Origin: Planctomycetota bacterium | Lineage (GTDB): Bacteria > Planctomycetota > JAJSAM01 > JAJVHW01 | Direction: 5' to 3' | DNA: 57,600 bases | NCBI GenBank assembly: GCA_022072415.1 | Contig: JAJVHW010000041.1 | Location: forward strand, 1-57,600 | In this document: positions 16,933 through 26,184 of the stretch, piece after piece | Numbering within the stretch: position 1 is the stretch's first letter | Layout of the letters: every line of letters starts with the position of its first letter | Made by a program: the position numbers and the translations under genes | Notes under the pieces: generated by a model | What the model was told of the DNA's origin: nothing | Seen by the model: the letters and a program-made list of their open reading frames with translations, nothing else | Databases searched by the model: none

Positions 16933-17184
16933 TCACCTCCCCCGGGCGCCCGTCGGGCGGCCGAGGATCCTGCACTCACCGGAATCGAACGGGGAGACCT
17001 CCACGAGGACCCGGTCGCCCGGCACCAGGCGGGTGAGGACCGCGCGGGCGCCGTGCGCCAGGTGGCCCCGGAGGAGCCTCCCGGCCCCCGCGCCGGGAAC
17101 CTCCACGCTCACCATGCCGTTCGGCAGGATCTGCCTCACGACGGCTCGCACGGACGTCTCGGACGGGGCGTTCGGGTGGTCCAT
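16933..17184 (-). CDS. infA: Divergent translation initiation factor IF-1-like protein
   Basis: Canonical slot between map and rpmJ; retains LPNGM, H, LVPGDRVLVEVSPFD, RI but lacks SGKMR and the terminal YR. Confidence 0.7.
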   Translation of the reverse strand: MDHPNAPSETSVRAVVRQILPNGMVSVEVPGAGAGRLLRGHLAHGARAVLTRLVPGDRVLVEVSPFDSGECRILGRPTGARGR

Positions 17185-17939
17185 CAGAGCACCGTGAGCA
17201 CTTCTGCCCCCGTTGCACGGATGGCCACCGTATGTTCAAAATGGGCGGAAAGAGTACCGTCGCGGGTCACGACGGTCCAGCCATCCCCGAGCACCTTCGT
17301 GTCGTGGCCCCCGAGGTTGAGCATCGGCTCGATGCAGATCGCCATGCCCGGCTTGAGGGTCCGGTCGTGGCGGCGCACCTCGGAATCGACGTAGTTCGGG
17401 ACCGACGGGTCCTCGTGCATCTTCTTGCCGATGCCGTGGCCGGCGTACTCGCGGACGATCCCGTAGCCGCGCTCGTCGGCGAGGGTCTGGACCGCGCGGC
17501 CGATGTCGGTCAGCCGCGCCCCGGGGCCGCAGGCCGCGATGGCGCGGTCCAGGCACTCCCGGCAGGTGTCCACCAGGCGCTGCGCCTCGCGGGAGACCTT
17601 CCCCACCGGGATGGTGAGCGCGGCGTCGCCGACGAAGCCGTCCAGGCGCGCGCCGACGTCGAACCCGAGGATGTCGCCTTCCTTCAGGCGGTACTTCCCG
17701 GGGATCCCGTGGACGACCTGTTCGTTGACGGAGAGGCAGGTGCTCGCCGGGAAACCGCGGTAGCCCTTGAACTCCGGCGTCGCGCCGCGGGAGCGGATGA
17801 TCTTCTCCGCCTCCGCGTCGAGCTCGGCGGTCGTCACGCCGGGCTTCACGGCCGTGCGGGCCCACTCGAGGACCTCGGCGACGACGCGCCCCGCGCGCCG
17901 CATCGCGGCGAACTCCGCATCGCTCTTGATCGAGATCAT
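17184..17939 (-). CDS. map: Methionine aminopeptidase type I
   Basis: SVNEQVVHGIP, GHGIG..MHEDP, IEPM, SAHFEHTV; ATGA overlap with adk. Confidence 0.97.
   Translation of the reverse strand: MISIKSDAEFAAMRRAGRVVAEVLEWARTAVKPGVTTAELDAEAEKIIRSRGATPEFKGYRGFPASTCLSVNEQVVHGIPGKYRLKEGDILGFDVGARLDGFVGDAALTIPVGKVSREAQRLVDTCRECLDRAIAACGPGARLTDIGRAVQTLADERGYGIVREYAGHGIGKKMHEDPSVPNYVDSEVRRHDRTLKPGMAICIEPMLNLGGHDTKVLGDGWTVVTRDGTLSAHFEHTVAIRATGAEVLTVL
17251..17279 (-). promoter_or_regulatory. Internal promoter within the map 3' end
   Basis: TGGACC-17 nt-TACTCT, followed by a run of A/T-ending codons unusual for this genome. Confidence 0.55.
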
Positions 17940-18508
17940 CGGGGGCCGGCCCCGGCGGCGCGCTGGAGGCGCGCCCACACGTCCTCGGGAGAGCCCGTCC
18001 CGTTGACCACGCGGAGGAGCCCGGCCCGCTCGTAGTACGCGCGGAGCGGCTCGGTCTGCGAGGTGTAGACGTCCAGGCGGCGGAGGATCGTCTCGCGGGT
18101 GTCGTCGGTGCGGCCGGTGTCGCGGCCTCGCTTCAGCATCCGCTCGATGAGTTCGTCGCGGGGCACGTCGAAGAGGCACACGTGGGCGAGCGACGAACCT
18201 CGCGAACCGAGCAGGCCGGCCAGGTAGGCGGCCTGGGCCACGGTGCGCGGATAGCCGTCGAGGAGGAACCCGCGCGCGCAGTCCGCCGCGGCGAGCCGCT
18301 CGGCCACGACGCCCTCCATCGTGCCGTCGTCCACGAGCGCGCCCGACTCGATGATCGCCTTCACGCGGCGGCCGAGGTCCGTGCCGCCGGCGGCCGCGGC
18401 GCGGAGCATGTCGCCCGTGGAGATGTGGGGCACGGAGAGGGCCTTCGCCAGGCGCACGGCCTGGGTGCCCTTCCCGGCCCCGGGGGGTCCGAGGAATACG
18501 ATCCGCAT
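17936..18508 (-). CDS. adk: Adenylate kinase (short form, no long LID)
   Basis: GPPGAGKGT, HISTGDMLR, LLDGYPR, RTDD. Confidence 0.97.
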   Translation of the reverse strand: MRIVFLGPPGAGKGTQAVRLAKALSVPHISTGDMLRAAAAGGTDLGRRVKAIIESGALVDDGTMEGVVAERLAAADCARGFLLDGYPRTVAQAAYLAGLLGSRGSSLAHVCLFDVPRDELIERMLKRGRDTGRTDDTRETILRRLDVYTSQTEPLRAYYERAGLLRVVNGTGSPEDVWARLQRAAGAGPR

Positions 18509-18527
18509 CGTGCCGCCGCCGCCGCCC

Positions 18528-19913
18528 TCAGCGGGCGGGGCCCCCCTTCATGAAGCCCTCGTAGTTCCGCATGAGGAGCTGCGCATTCATGCGGTCCACG
18601 AGGTCCAGGGCCACGGCCACCACGATCAGGATCGACGTTCCGCCGAGGAGCCCCGCCGCGTTCCGGCTGATGCCGGCGAACGACGACACGACGTCCGGGA
18701 CGATGCTGATGAGCGCGAGGAAGAAGCACCCCGCCAGCGTCAGACGCGCGAGCGTGTCGGCGAGGAAGTCCTGCGTCGCCTTGCCCGGCCGGATGCCGGG
18801 GATGAACGCCCCGTGCTCCTTCATCGTCTTCGCGAGCTCGGACGGCTGGAACATGAGCTGCACCCAGAAGAAGCTGAAGAAGAAGATCAGCGCCACGTAG
18901 CCGACCGTCCACATCCAGCTCGTGTGGCCCGCGAACATCTGCTCGCCGAGGGGCCAGTCGAGGAGGCTCTTCCCGAAGATCATCCCCGGGAACGCCATGA
19001 GCGTGGACGCGAAGATCACGGGCATCACGTTCGCCTGGTTCACCTTGAGCGGCATGTAGTGCTTCTGGCCGCCGTAGACGCCGCGGCCGCGCACCATGCG
19101 GGCGTACTGCACCGGGATGCGGCGGCTCCCCTTGGTGACGTAGACCACCGCGAGGGAGATGCCGAGGTAGAGCCCGATGAAGAGCGCGAGCTTCAGGAAC
19201 GCCGCCGCGCGGGCCTCGTCGGGGTTCGACGTGCCTCCGGGCCCGGCGAGGTCCTGCCAGAGCGACACGAAGCGGGACAGGATGCCCGCCATGATGAGGA
19301 GCGAGATGCCGTTCCCCACGCCGTGCTCCGTGATCTGCTCGCCGATCCACATGAGGAAGATCGTGCCGCACGTGAGCGCGAGGATCGCCGGCACGTAGAA
19401 CCCGACGAAGAACCCGGGGAACCCTTCGTAGGAGGAGTGCAGGACGACGTCGCCGGCGATGCCGTACGTGGCGGGGTTCAGCACCACGCCCTCGATCATG
19501 AAGATTCCCTGCAGGACGGCGATCGGGATCGTGCCCCATCGCATCCACTGGTTGAGCTTCTTCTGGCCCTGCGAGCCCTCCTTGACCATCTGCTCGATGG
19601 AGGGGACGACCTTCGCGAGGATGCTGAAGATGATCGAGCTCGAGATGTACGGCATGATCCCGAGGCTGAAGATGCCGAAGGAGAGGACGTCGCCCGCGGA
19701 GAGCACGCCCATCAGGTTGAGCAGGCCGCCCAGCGCGCCGCCGCCGCCGCCCCGCTCCTCGATGTCCCTGTGGATCTCGAGGATGCGGTGCATGGAGATC
19801 CCGGGGAGCGGGACCTGGTATCCCAGGCGGTAGACGAAGATGAACGTCAGCGTGAGGACGATCCGCTTGCGCAGGTCCTCCACCTTGAAGACGTTCAGTG
19901 CCTTCTGGAACAT
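18528..19913 (-). CDS. secY: Preprotein translocase subunit SecY
   Basis: LGIMPYISSSII, GVGNGISLLI, VMPVIFA, FIPGIRPG, GGTSILIVV. Confidence 0.98.
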   Translation of the reverse strand: MFQKALNVFKVEDLRKRIVLTLTFIFVYRLGYQVPLPGISMHRILEIHRDIEERGGGGGALGGLLNLMGVLSAGDVLSFGIFSLGIMPYISSSIIFSILAKVVPSIEQMVKEGSQGQKKLNQWMRWGTIPIAVLQGIFMIEGVVLNPATYGIAGDVVLHSSYEGFPGFFVGFYVPAILALTCGTIFLMWIGEQITEHGVGNGISLLIMAGILSRFVSLWQDLAGPGGTSNPDEARAAAFLKLALFIGLYLGISLAVVYVTKGSRRIPVQYARMVRGRGVYGGQKHYMPLKVNQANVMPVIFASTLMAFPGMIFGKSLLDWPLGEQMFAGHTSWMWTVGYVALIFFFSFFWVQLMFQPSELAKTMKEHGAFIPGIRPGKATQDFLADTLARLTLAGCFFLALISIVPDVVSSFAGISRNAAGLLGGTSILIVVAVALDLVDRMNAQLLMRNYEGFMKGGPAR

Positions 19914-19971
19914 CCGCGCTCCTGGGACGGGCCGGGGGGTGCGTCGCGGCCGGGGCCGCGGCGCGCCTCCG

Positions 19972-20439
19972 TCAGGCCTTCTCCGGCCCGCACTTGGCCG
20001 CGATCACGACCGCGGAACCGCCGGCGTCCTCGATCTTCTTCCGCGCAGACGAGCTGAACGCGTGCGCGTGCACCTCGAGCTTCGCCGCGAGCTCCCCGTT
20101 GCCGAGGATCTTCAGCAGCTTCGCGGAGCGCGGGAGCAGTCCCGCCTCCTTCAGCACGTCCGGCGTGACCGGCTTCCCGGCGAAGTCCGCGAGGCGGTCC
20201 ACGTTGACCACCTCGTAGCTCACGCGGAAGAGCGAGTTCCGGAACCCGCGCTTCGGCAGGCGCCGGATGAGGGGCATCTGGCCGCCCTCGCGGTGGAGCA
20301 GGCCGCCGAAGCCCGTGCGGGACGCGGCGCCCTTGCTGCCGCGGCCGGACGTCTTGCCGTTGCCGGAGCCGGAGCCACGGCCGACGCGGCGCTTGAACTT
20401 GCGCCCCACGTCCACGCCGACGACCTTCGCGATGTCCAT
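19972..20439 (-). CDS. rplO: 50S ribosomal protein L15
   Basis: RVGRGSGSGNGKTSGRG, EGGQMPL.RRLPKRGF; ATG overlaps the rpsE stop. Confidence 0.97.
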   Translation of the reverse strand: MDIAKVVGVDVGRKFKRRVGRGSGSGNGKTSGRGSKGAASRTGFGGLLHREGGQMPLIRRLPKRGFRNSLFRVSYEVVNVDRLADFAGKPVTPDVLKEAGLLPRSAKLLKILGNGELAAKLEVHAHAFSSSARKKIEDAGGSAVVIAAKCGPEKA

Positions 20440-20948
20440 CACAGCGTCACTCCGCGGAGAGCCTCGGCCTGCGACTGCAGGCGAAGCTGGAACAGCCCGT
20501 CCATCGTGGCGCGCACCACGTTGACGGGGTTGGTGGAACCGTAGTTCTTGGTCAGGATGTCGTGCACGCCGACCGCCTCCAGCACGGCGCGTACCGCAGG
20601 ACCGGCGGTGACGCCGGTTCCGGGCGAGGCGGGCTGGATGTAGGTCTCCGTGGCGCCGAAGCCGCCGCGCACCGCGTGCGGGACCGTCTTCCCGACGAGC
20701 GGGATCCGGACCAGGCGCTTCTTCGCGTCCTTGACCGCCTTCTCGACGGCCACGGGCACTTCCTTGGCCTTCCCGAAGCCGTAGCCGACGACCCCCTGGC
20801 CGTCGCCCACCACCACGAGGACGCTGAAGGAGAACCGGCGCCCGCCCTTCACGACGGTGGCGCACCGGTTGACCTTGACGACGCGCTCGACCGACAGGTT
20901 GACGCTGTCGGACTGCACGTACACGGGCTTGTCCGCAAGAACGCTCAT
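20439..20948 (-). CDS. rpsE: 30S ribosomal protein S5
   Basis: [31 protein letters not shown]. Confidence 0.98.
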   Translation of the reverse strand: MSVLADKPVYVQSDSVNLSVERVVKVNRCATVVKGGRRFSFSVLVVVGDGQGVVGYGFGKAKEVPVAVEKAVKDAKKRLVRIPLVGKTVPHAVRGGFGATETYIQPASPGTGVTAGPAVRAVLEAVGVHDILTKNYGSTNPVNVVRATMDGLFQLRLQSQAEALRGVTL

Positions 20949-20964
20949 CGCTTCTCCGTTCCGA

Positions 20965-21318
20965 TCAGAACTCGAGCCCTGCCGCGCGGGCCGCGTCCGC
21001 GAGCGCCTTCACGCGCCCGTGGTAGCGGTAGCCCGCCCGGTCGAAGGCGACCTTCCGGATGCCCTTCTCCGCGGCGCGCCGGGCGATGTCCTCGCCGACC
21101 GCCTTCGCGCCGCTCATGCCGGCGCCGGGGACCTTCATCGCCAGGGTGGACGACGCGCACAGCGTCACGCCGCGATCGTCGTCGATGACCTGGGCGTAGA
21201 TCTGCATGTGGCTGCGGTGCACCGACAGGCGCGGACGCTCCGCGCTGCCGGAAAGCTTCCCGCGGATGCGCCGGCGACGGCGCATCTGCATCTCGCGCTT
21301 CTTGATCTGACGCTGCAT
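20965..21318 (-). CDS. rplR: 50S ribosomal protein L18
   Basis: [25 protein letters not shown]. Confidence 0.98.
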   Translation of the reverse strand: MQRQIKKREMQMRRRRRIRGKLSGSAERPRLSVHRSHMQIYAQVIDDDRGVTLCASSTLAMKVPGAGMSGAKAVGEDIARRAAEKGIRKVAFDRAGYRYHGRVKALADAARAAGLEF

Positions 21319-21324
21319 GGTTCC

Positions 21325-21870
21325 TTACCCGCCGCTCGCGAAGGACTTGCCGGCCTTGCGCTCCACCTGCTCGCCCTCGTAGCGGACGCCCTTGCCGTTG
21401 TACGGCTCCGGCGGGCGCAGCTTGCGGACGACCGCGGCGAACTGCCCGACCGCCTGGCGGTCGGCGCCGCTCACGACCACGCGCGTGGCCGAGGGGAGGT
21501 CCACCTGGAGGCCGGCAGGCACGTCCAGGAAGATCTCGTTGGCGAAGCCCACCTTCAGGGCGAGCTTCTTCTGCTTCATCGCTGCCTGGTAGCCGACGCC
21601 CTGGATGTCGAGCGTGCGGCTGAACGGGGTCACGACTCCGCGGACCGCGTTGGCGAGCGTCGCGCGGACCGTGCCGTGGCTGGCGCGCTCCTGCTTGCTC
21701 CCGCCGCCGCGGGCCACGGTCACCGTGTCGCCCTCGATCTTCACCGAGATCGAGCCGGGGACGGCGATCGTCAGCGACCCCTTCGGCCCCTTCACGGTGA
21801 CCGAACCGGCGGCCGCGACGACGCTGACGCCCTTCTCCAGCTTGAGCGACTTCAGTCCGATGCGTGACAT
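21325..21870 (-). CDS. rplF: 50S ribosomal protein L6
   Basis: MSRIG, VKGPKG, RPPEPYNGKGVRY. Confidence 0.98.
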   Translation of the reverse strand: MSRIGLKSLKLEKGVSVVAAAGSVTVKGPKGSLTIAVPGSISVKIEGDTVTVARGGGSKQERASHGTVRATLANAVRGVVTPFSRTLDIQGVGYQAAMKQKKLALKVGFANEIFLDVPAGLQVDLPSATRVVVSGADRQAVGQFAAVVRKLRPPEPYNGKGVRYEGEQVERKAGKSFASGG

Positions 21871-21874
21871 GGCT

Positions 21875-22270
21875 TCACCACACCCTGCAGAGGATTTCGC
21901 CGCCGGCGTTCTTCTGCCGGGCTTCCCGGTCGGAGATCACGCCCCGGTCGGTGGAGAGGACGAAGATGCCCTGGCCGTTGACCGGCCCGGCCACCTCCGC
22001 GGCGCCCTTGTAGATCCGGCGCCCGGGGCTCGACACGCGATCGATGCCGCGGATCACCCGCTCGCCTTCCGCGCCGAACTTCAGCGTGAGGCGGAGCAGC
22101 GGGCGCGCGCCGGCTTCGATGCGCATCCAGTCCGAGATGAAGCCTTCGCGCTTCAGCGCGTCGGCGATGCCCTGCTTCAGGCGCGAGTGCGGGATGTCCA
22201 CCGTGCGGCGGCGGATCACGTTCGCGTTCCTGACGCGGGTGAGCATGTCTGCGATGGGGTCGGTCAGCAT
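21875..22270 (-). CDS. rpsH: 30S ribosomal protein S8
   Basis: TDPIADMLTRVRNA, SSPGRRIY, GGEILC. Confidence 0.98.
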   Translation of the reverse strand: MLTDPIADMLTRVRNANVIRRRTVDIPHSRLKQGIADALKREGFISDWMRIEAGARPLLRLTLKFGAEGERVIRGIDRVSSPGRRIYKGAAEVAGPVNGQGIFVLSTDRGVISDREARQKNAGGEILCRVW

Positions 22271-22285
22271 GTGGTTCTCCCCGCC

Positions 22286-22471
22286 CTACCAGGACGCCTT
22301 CCGCACCCCGGGGATCTCCCCGCGGTGGGCCATGTTCCTGAAGCAGATGCGGCAGACCTGGAACTTGCGGTAGTACGCCCGCGCCCGGCCGCAGAGGTTG
22401 CAGCGGTTCCTGTGCTGCGTGCTCTTGCGGGGCGGCCTCGCGGACTTGACTCTCTGTGACGTCTTCGCCAA
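22286..22471 (-). CDS. rpsZ: 30S ribosomal protein S14 type Z (Zn-binding, 61 aa)
   Basis: [25 protein letters not shown]; TTG start. Confidence 0.97.
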   Translation of the reverse strand: MAKTSQRVKSARPPRKSTQHRNRCNLCGRARAYYRKFQVCRICFRNMAHRGEIPGVRKASW

Positions 22472-22482
22472 GGTCGGATCTC

Positions 22483-23025
22483 CTACTTGTCGCGGAAGGG
22501 CATGCCGAACAGCCGCAGCAGTTCCAGCGACGCCTTGGGGTTGCTGTTCCGGACTCCCAGGGTGATGTTCATCCCCTGGAAGTGCTCCACCTTGTCGGCT
22601 CGGATCTCCGGGAACACGATCTGGTCCTGGAGGCCCATGGAGTAGTTGCCGGCCGCGTCGAACGAGTTCGGCCGGAGCCCGCGGAAGTCGCGGATGCGCG
22701 GGATCACCACGCTGATCAGCCGGTCGAGGAACTCGTACATGCGGGCGCCGCGCAGCGTCACGACGGCGCCGACGACGTCGCCCTCGCGCACGCGGAAGTT
22801 CGACACGGACTTGCGGGCCTTCGTGAGCATCGGCCGCTGCCCCGTGATCGCGGCGAGGTCGGCGACGACCGCGTCCGTGAACTTCGGGTTCTCGCGGCCC
22901 TTGCCGACGCCCATGCTGACGACGATCTTCTCGATCTTCGGCACGGCCATCACGCTGCGGTAGCCGAAGGCCTGGACCATCTTCGGGACCACGTCGTTCT
23001 TGTACTTGTCGCGCAGGCGCGCCAT
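22483..23025 (-). CDS. rplE: 50S ribosomal protein L5
   Basis: [31 protein letters not shown]. Confidence 0.98.
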   Translation of the reverse strand: MARLRDKYKNDVVPKMVQAFGYRSVMAVPKIEKIVVSMGVGKGRENPKFTDAVVADLAAITGQRPMLTKARKSVSNFRVREGDVVGAVVTLRGARMYEFLDRLISVVIPRIRDFRGLRPNSFDAAGNYSMGLQDQIVFPEIRADKVEHFQGMNITLGVRNSNPKASLELLRLFGMPFRDK

Positions 23026-23028
23026 GGC

Positions 23029-23367
23029 TCAGCTCCCGTTCCCGGCCTTCGCGGCCTTGCGGACGATCCTGTCGCCCGAGCGCTCGGCGCGGGACAGGCG
23101 GACGGGCTTGCCGTCCTCCGCCACGAGCATCACGCGGGACGCCGGGACCGGCGCCTCGCGCCGCAGCACGCCGCCCTGCGGGTGGCGCTGCGAGCGCTTG
23201 AGGTGCTTCGTGCGGATGTTGCAGCCCTCGACGGTGACCGTGCCGGAGGCGCGGTCCACGGCGATGACCTTGCCGCGCGTCGGGCCCTTGGCCTCCTCGC
23301 GGCGCTTGCGGTGGTGGGCGGAGGCGAGGATCTGCACCTCGTCCCCGATCCGGATCGTGGCTCCCAT
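23029..23367 (-). CDS. rplX: 50S ribosomal protein L24
   Basis: [25 protein letters not shown]; between rplN and rplE; start reset to 23367. Confidence 0.93.
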   Translation of the reverse strand: MGATIRIGDEVQILASAHHRKRREEAKGPTRGKVIAVDRASGTVTVEGCNIRTKHLKRSQRHPQGGVLRREAPVPASRVMLVAEDGKPVRLSRAERSGDRIVRKAAKAGNGS

Positions 23368-23369
23368 GT

Positions 23370-23738
23370 TCAGACGACCTCCGCCGCGAGGCTGACGATC
23401 TTCATGAAGTTCTTCGCGCGGAGCTCGCGCGCGACGGCGCCGAAGATGCGCGTGCCCTTCGGGTTGCCGTCGTTGTCGATGACGACCATCGCGTTGCTGT
23501 CGAAGCGCACGTACGAACCGTCCTCGCGGCGGACGGCCTTGCGCGTGCGGATGACGACGCCGCGGACGACGTCGCCCTTCTTGACGGCGCCGTGGGGCAG
23601 GGCCCGCTTGACGGAGCAGACGATCACGTCGCCCACCGAGCAGGTCTTGCGGTTGCCGGAGCCGAGGACGCGGATGCACCGGGCGATCTTGGCCCCCGTG
23701 TTGTCCGCGACGTCGAGCATCGTGTGGAGCTGGATCAT
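23370..23738 (-). CDS. rplN: 50S ribosomal protein L14
   Basis: [27 protein letters not shown]. Confidence 0.98.
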   Translation of the reverse strand: MIQLHTMLDVADNTGAKIARCIRVLGSGNRKTCSVGDVIVCSVKRALPHGAVKKGDVVRGVVIRTRKAVRREDGSYVRFDSNAMVVIDNDGNPKGTRIFGAVARELRAKNFMKIVSLAAEVV

Positions 23739-23744
23739 CGGTCC

Positions 23745-24101
23745 TCACTCCTTCCCCGAAGGACGGCCCGAGTCCTTCGTGCGGCCGGTGGCGGCCTCGA
23801 CCGAGGCGTCGATGTCGGCGTGCTGCACGCCGCCGTCGCCCTTCCGGACGATGCGGACGAGGCGCCAGTTCTTCAGCTTCGAGAGCGGGCGCGTCTGCTC
23901 GATCTCGACCTCGTCGCCGACGCGCGCCGTGTTCCCGGCGTCGTGGGCGTAGTACTTCGAGTGCCGGCGGATGTACTTGCCGTACAGGCCGTGCTTCACC
24001 ATGCGGCCCTGGCGGACCACGATGGTGTCCTTCATCTTCGCGGAGGTCACCGTGCCCGTCACGACGGACCGGCCCTCCCGCTTCGGCGTGCTTTCGCTCA
24101 T
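23745..24101 (-). CDS. rpsQ: 30S ribosomal protein S17
   Basis: KMKDTIVV, HGLYGK, RPLSKLKNW. Confidence 0.97.
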   Translation of the reverse strand: MSESTPKREGRSVVTGTVTSAKMKDTIVVRQGRMVKHGLYGKYIRRHSKYYAHDAGNTARVGDEVEIEQTRPLSKLKNWRLVRIVRKGDGGVQHADIDASVEAATGRTKDSGRPSGKE

Positions 24102-24115
24102 CTTCGGGTCTCCGC

Positions 24116-24331
24116 TCAGGCCTTCGCCGTCTTCCGGACGATGCCCAGGCGCCGCTCGCGCAGCACCGTCATCATCCTGGCCACCTGCCGGCGCATGGCC
24201 CGCAGCTTCGAGGGGTCTCCGGCCTTCTCGCTCCCCCTGCGGAAGCGAAGGTTCCAGATCTCCTTCTGCAGCGCCGCCACCTCGCGGCGGAGGTCCTCGT
24301 CGGCGCGCTCGCGCATCTCCTCTGCGGTCAC
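24116..24331 (-). CDS. rpmC: 50S ribosomal protein L29
   Basis: EIWNLRF, RRQVARMMTVLRE; GTG overlaps the rplP stop. Confidence 0.93.
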   Translation of the reverse strand: MTAEEMRERADEDLRREVAALQKEIWNLRFRRGSEKAGDPSKLRAMRRQVARMMTVLRERRLGIVRKTAKA

Positions 24332-24744
24332 AGCTTGTGCCTCCTCTTGGCGAGGCGCACCCGCACCGGCAGCTTGTGCGCGATGCGGTTGAGCGCCACC
24401 TTGGCCTTGGCTTCGGCCACCCCGCCCACCTCGAAGATGACGGTGCCGGGGCGGACGACCGCGACCCACTCCTCCACGTCGCCCTTGCCGGTGCCCATGC
24501 GGACCTCGGCCGGCTTCGCGGTGACGGGCTTGTGCGGGAAGACGCGCGTCCACAGGCGGCCCTCGCCGCCGAGGTAGTGGGCGCACGCGACGCGGCCCGC
24601 CTCGATCTGGCGGCTGGTGATCCAGCCGCGCTCGAGCGACTGGACGCCGAACTCGCCGAACGACACGGCGTTGCAGCGCGACGCCTTCCCGCGGACCTTC
24701 CCGCGGTGCTGCTTCCTGCGCTTGACGCGGACTGGCTGGAGCAT
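24328..24744 (-). CDS. rplP: 50S ribosomal protein L16
   Basis: RQIEAGR, RMGTGKG, HKLP. Confidence 0.98.
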   Translation of the reverse strand: MLQPVRVKRRKQHRGKVRGKASRCNAVSFGEFGVQSLERGWITSRQIEAGRVACAHYLGGEGRLWTRVFPHKPVTAKPAEVRMGTGKGDVEEWVAVVRPGTVIFEVGGVAEAKAKVALNRIAHKLPVRVRLAKRRHKL

Positions 24745-24747
24745 GTC

Positions 24748-25398
24748 TTACCTCGACCTCTGGAGGGGCGCGCCGCGGCGGATCATCCCCTTGTAGATCC
24801 AGATCTTCACGCCGATGCGCCCGTACGTGCAGCGCGCCTCGGCGAACCCGTAGTCGATGTCCGCCGACAGCGTCGTCAGCGGGATCGAGCCCTTCAGGGC
24901 CTTCTCGACGCGGGCGATCTCGGCCCCGCCGAGGCGGCCCGCGATGCGGATCTTGATGCCCTGGGCGCCGCGCTCCATCGTGAGCTGGAGGGCGCGCTTC
25001 AGCGTGCGCCGGAAGGACGCCCGCTTCTCGAGCTGCTCCGCGATGCCCTCCGCGACGAGCTGCGCGTTGAGCTCGGGGCGAGTGACCTCGTGGATGTTCA
25101 GGGTCACGGACTTGCCGGTCAGCTTCTCAAGCTGCTCCTTCAGCTTGTCCACCTTGACGCCCTTGCGCCCGATCAGCACGCCGGGGCGGGCGCAGTGCAC
25201 GAGGACCATCATCTGGTCCGCCTTGCGCTCCACCTCGACCTTCGGGATGCCGGCGAAGTAGTACTCCTCCTTCACGAACCGGCGGATCTTCTCGTCCTCG
25301 ATCAGGAAGCGCCCGCACTCCTTCTTGGAGAACCAGCGCGAGTTCCAGTCGCGGGTGACGCCGACGCGGAAGCCGTTCGGGTGGATCTTCTGTCCCAT
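24748..25398 (-). CDS. rpsC: 30S ribosomal protein S3
   Basis: MGQKIHPNGFR, RPGVLIG, GRLGGAEIAR, YGRIGVKIWI. Confidence 0.98.
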   Translation of the reverse strand: MGQKIHPNGFRVGVTRDWNSRWFSKKECGRFLIEDEKIRRFVKEEYYFAGIPKVEVERKADQMMVLVHCARPGVLIGRKGVKVDKLKEQLEKLTGKSVTLNIHEVTRPELNAQLVAEGIAEQLEKRASFRRTLKRALQLTMERGAQGIKIRIAGRLGGAEIARVEKALKGSIPLTTLSADIDYGFAEARCTYGRIGVKIWIYKGMIRRGAPLQRSR

Positions 25399-25403
25399 GG
25401 GGG

Positions 25404-25865
25404 CTACTCCTTGCTCCCGGTTTCCTGCGCCTTGCGGGACGCGTCGACGCGCGCCCGGCGGCTGCGGTCGGCCCCGCCGCGGCTGCGGCGCGCCTTCGAC
25501 TCGCGCTCGGCCAGCACCACCGACAGGTGGCAGTAGCGCGAGAGCAGCGGGAAGATCTGGCCGCGGGCGCGGATCTTGAACCGCTTCGCGGTGGGTCCCG
25601 AGTCGGCGCGGACCTCGACGACGTGCAGGCGGTTGTGGTCCACGGAGTCGTCGAGCTGCGCGTTCGCGAGCGCGCTGAGGACGACCTTCGTGAGCATGGG
25701 CGCCGCGCGCTTCGTGCAGAAGCGCAGCGTGTCCAGCGCCTCGCCGACCGGCTTGCCGCGGATCAGGTCCGCGACGTACCGGGCCTTGCGCGGCGACATC
25801 GGCGCGCCGCGGTGCACCGCGCGGAAGCTCTTCCCGGCCTCGCCGGAACTGGTGGTCTTCGTCAT
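25404..25865 (-). CDS. rplV: 50S ribosomal protein L22
   Basis: SPRKARYVADLIRG, SALANA, GPTAKR..RARG. Confidence 0.97.
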   Translation of the reverse strand: MTKTTSSGEAGKSFRAVHRGAPMSPRKARYVADLIRGKPVGEALDTLRFCTKRAAPMLTKVVLSALANAQLDDSVDHNRLHVVEVRADSGPTAKRFKIRARGQIFPLLSRYCHLSVVLAERESKARRSRGGADRSRRARVDASRKAQETGSKE

Positions 25866-25881
25866 GGGGTTCCTCCCGGGC

Positions 25882-26163
25882 TCAGGCGCCCGGCGCCTCC
25901 GCCTTCTTCAGCGTGTGGCCGCGGAAGAGGCGCGTCGGCGCGAACTCTCCGAGCTTGTGCCCCACCATCTCCTCGGTGACGAAGACGCGGGCGAAGCCCT
26001 TGCCGTTGTGCACCGAGAACGTGTGGCCCACGAAGTCCGGGATCACCGTGCACTGCCGGCGCCAGGTCTTCAGCGGCTCGCGGTTGCTCGTCTGCTTCTG
26101 CTTGCGGACGCGCGCCCACAGGCGCTCGTCCACGAACGGACCCTTCTTGGTCGATCTCGACAT
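25882..26163 (-). CDS. rpsS: 30S ribosomal protein S19
   Basis: [25 protein letters not shown]. Confidence 0.98.
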   Translation of the reverse strand: MSRSTKKGPFVDERLWARVRKQKQTSNREPLKTWRRQCTVIPDFVGHTFSVHNGKGFARVFVTEEMVGHKLGEFAPTRLFRGHTLKKAEAPGA

Positions 26164-26184
26164 GAGGTTCTCCCGTGCCCGCCG

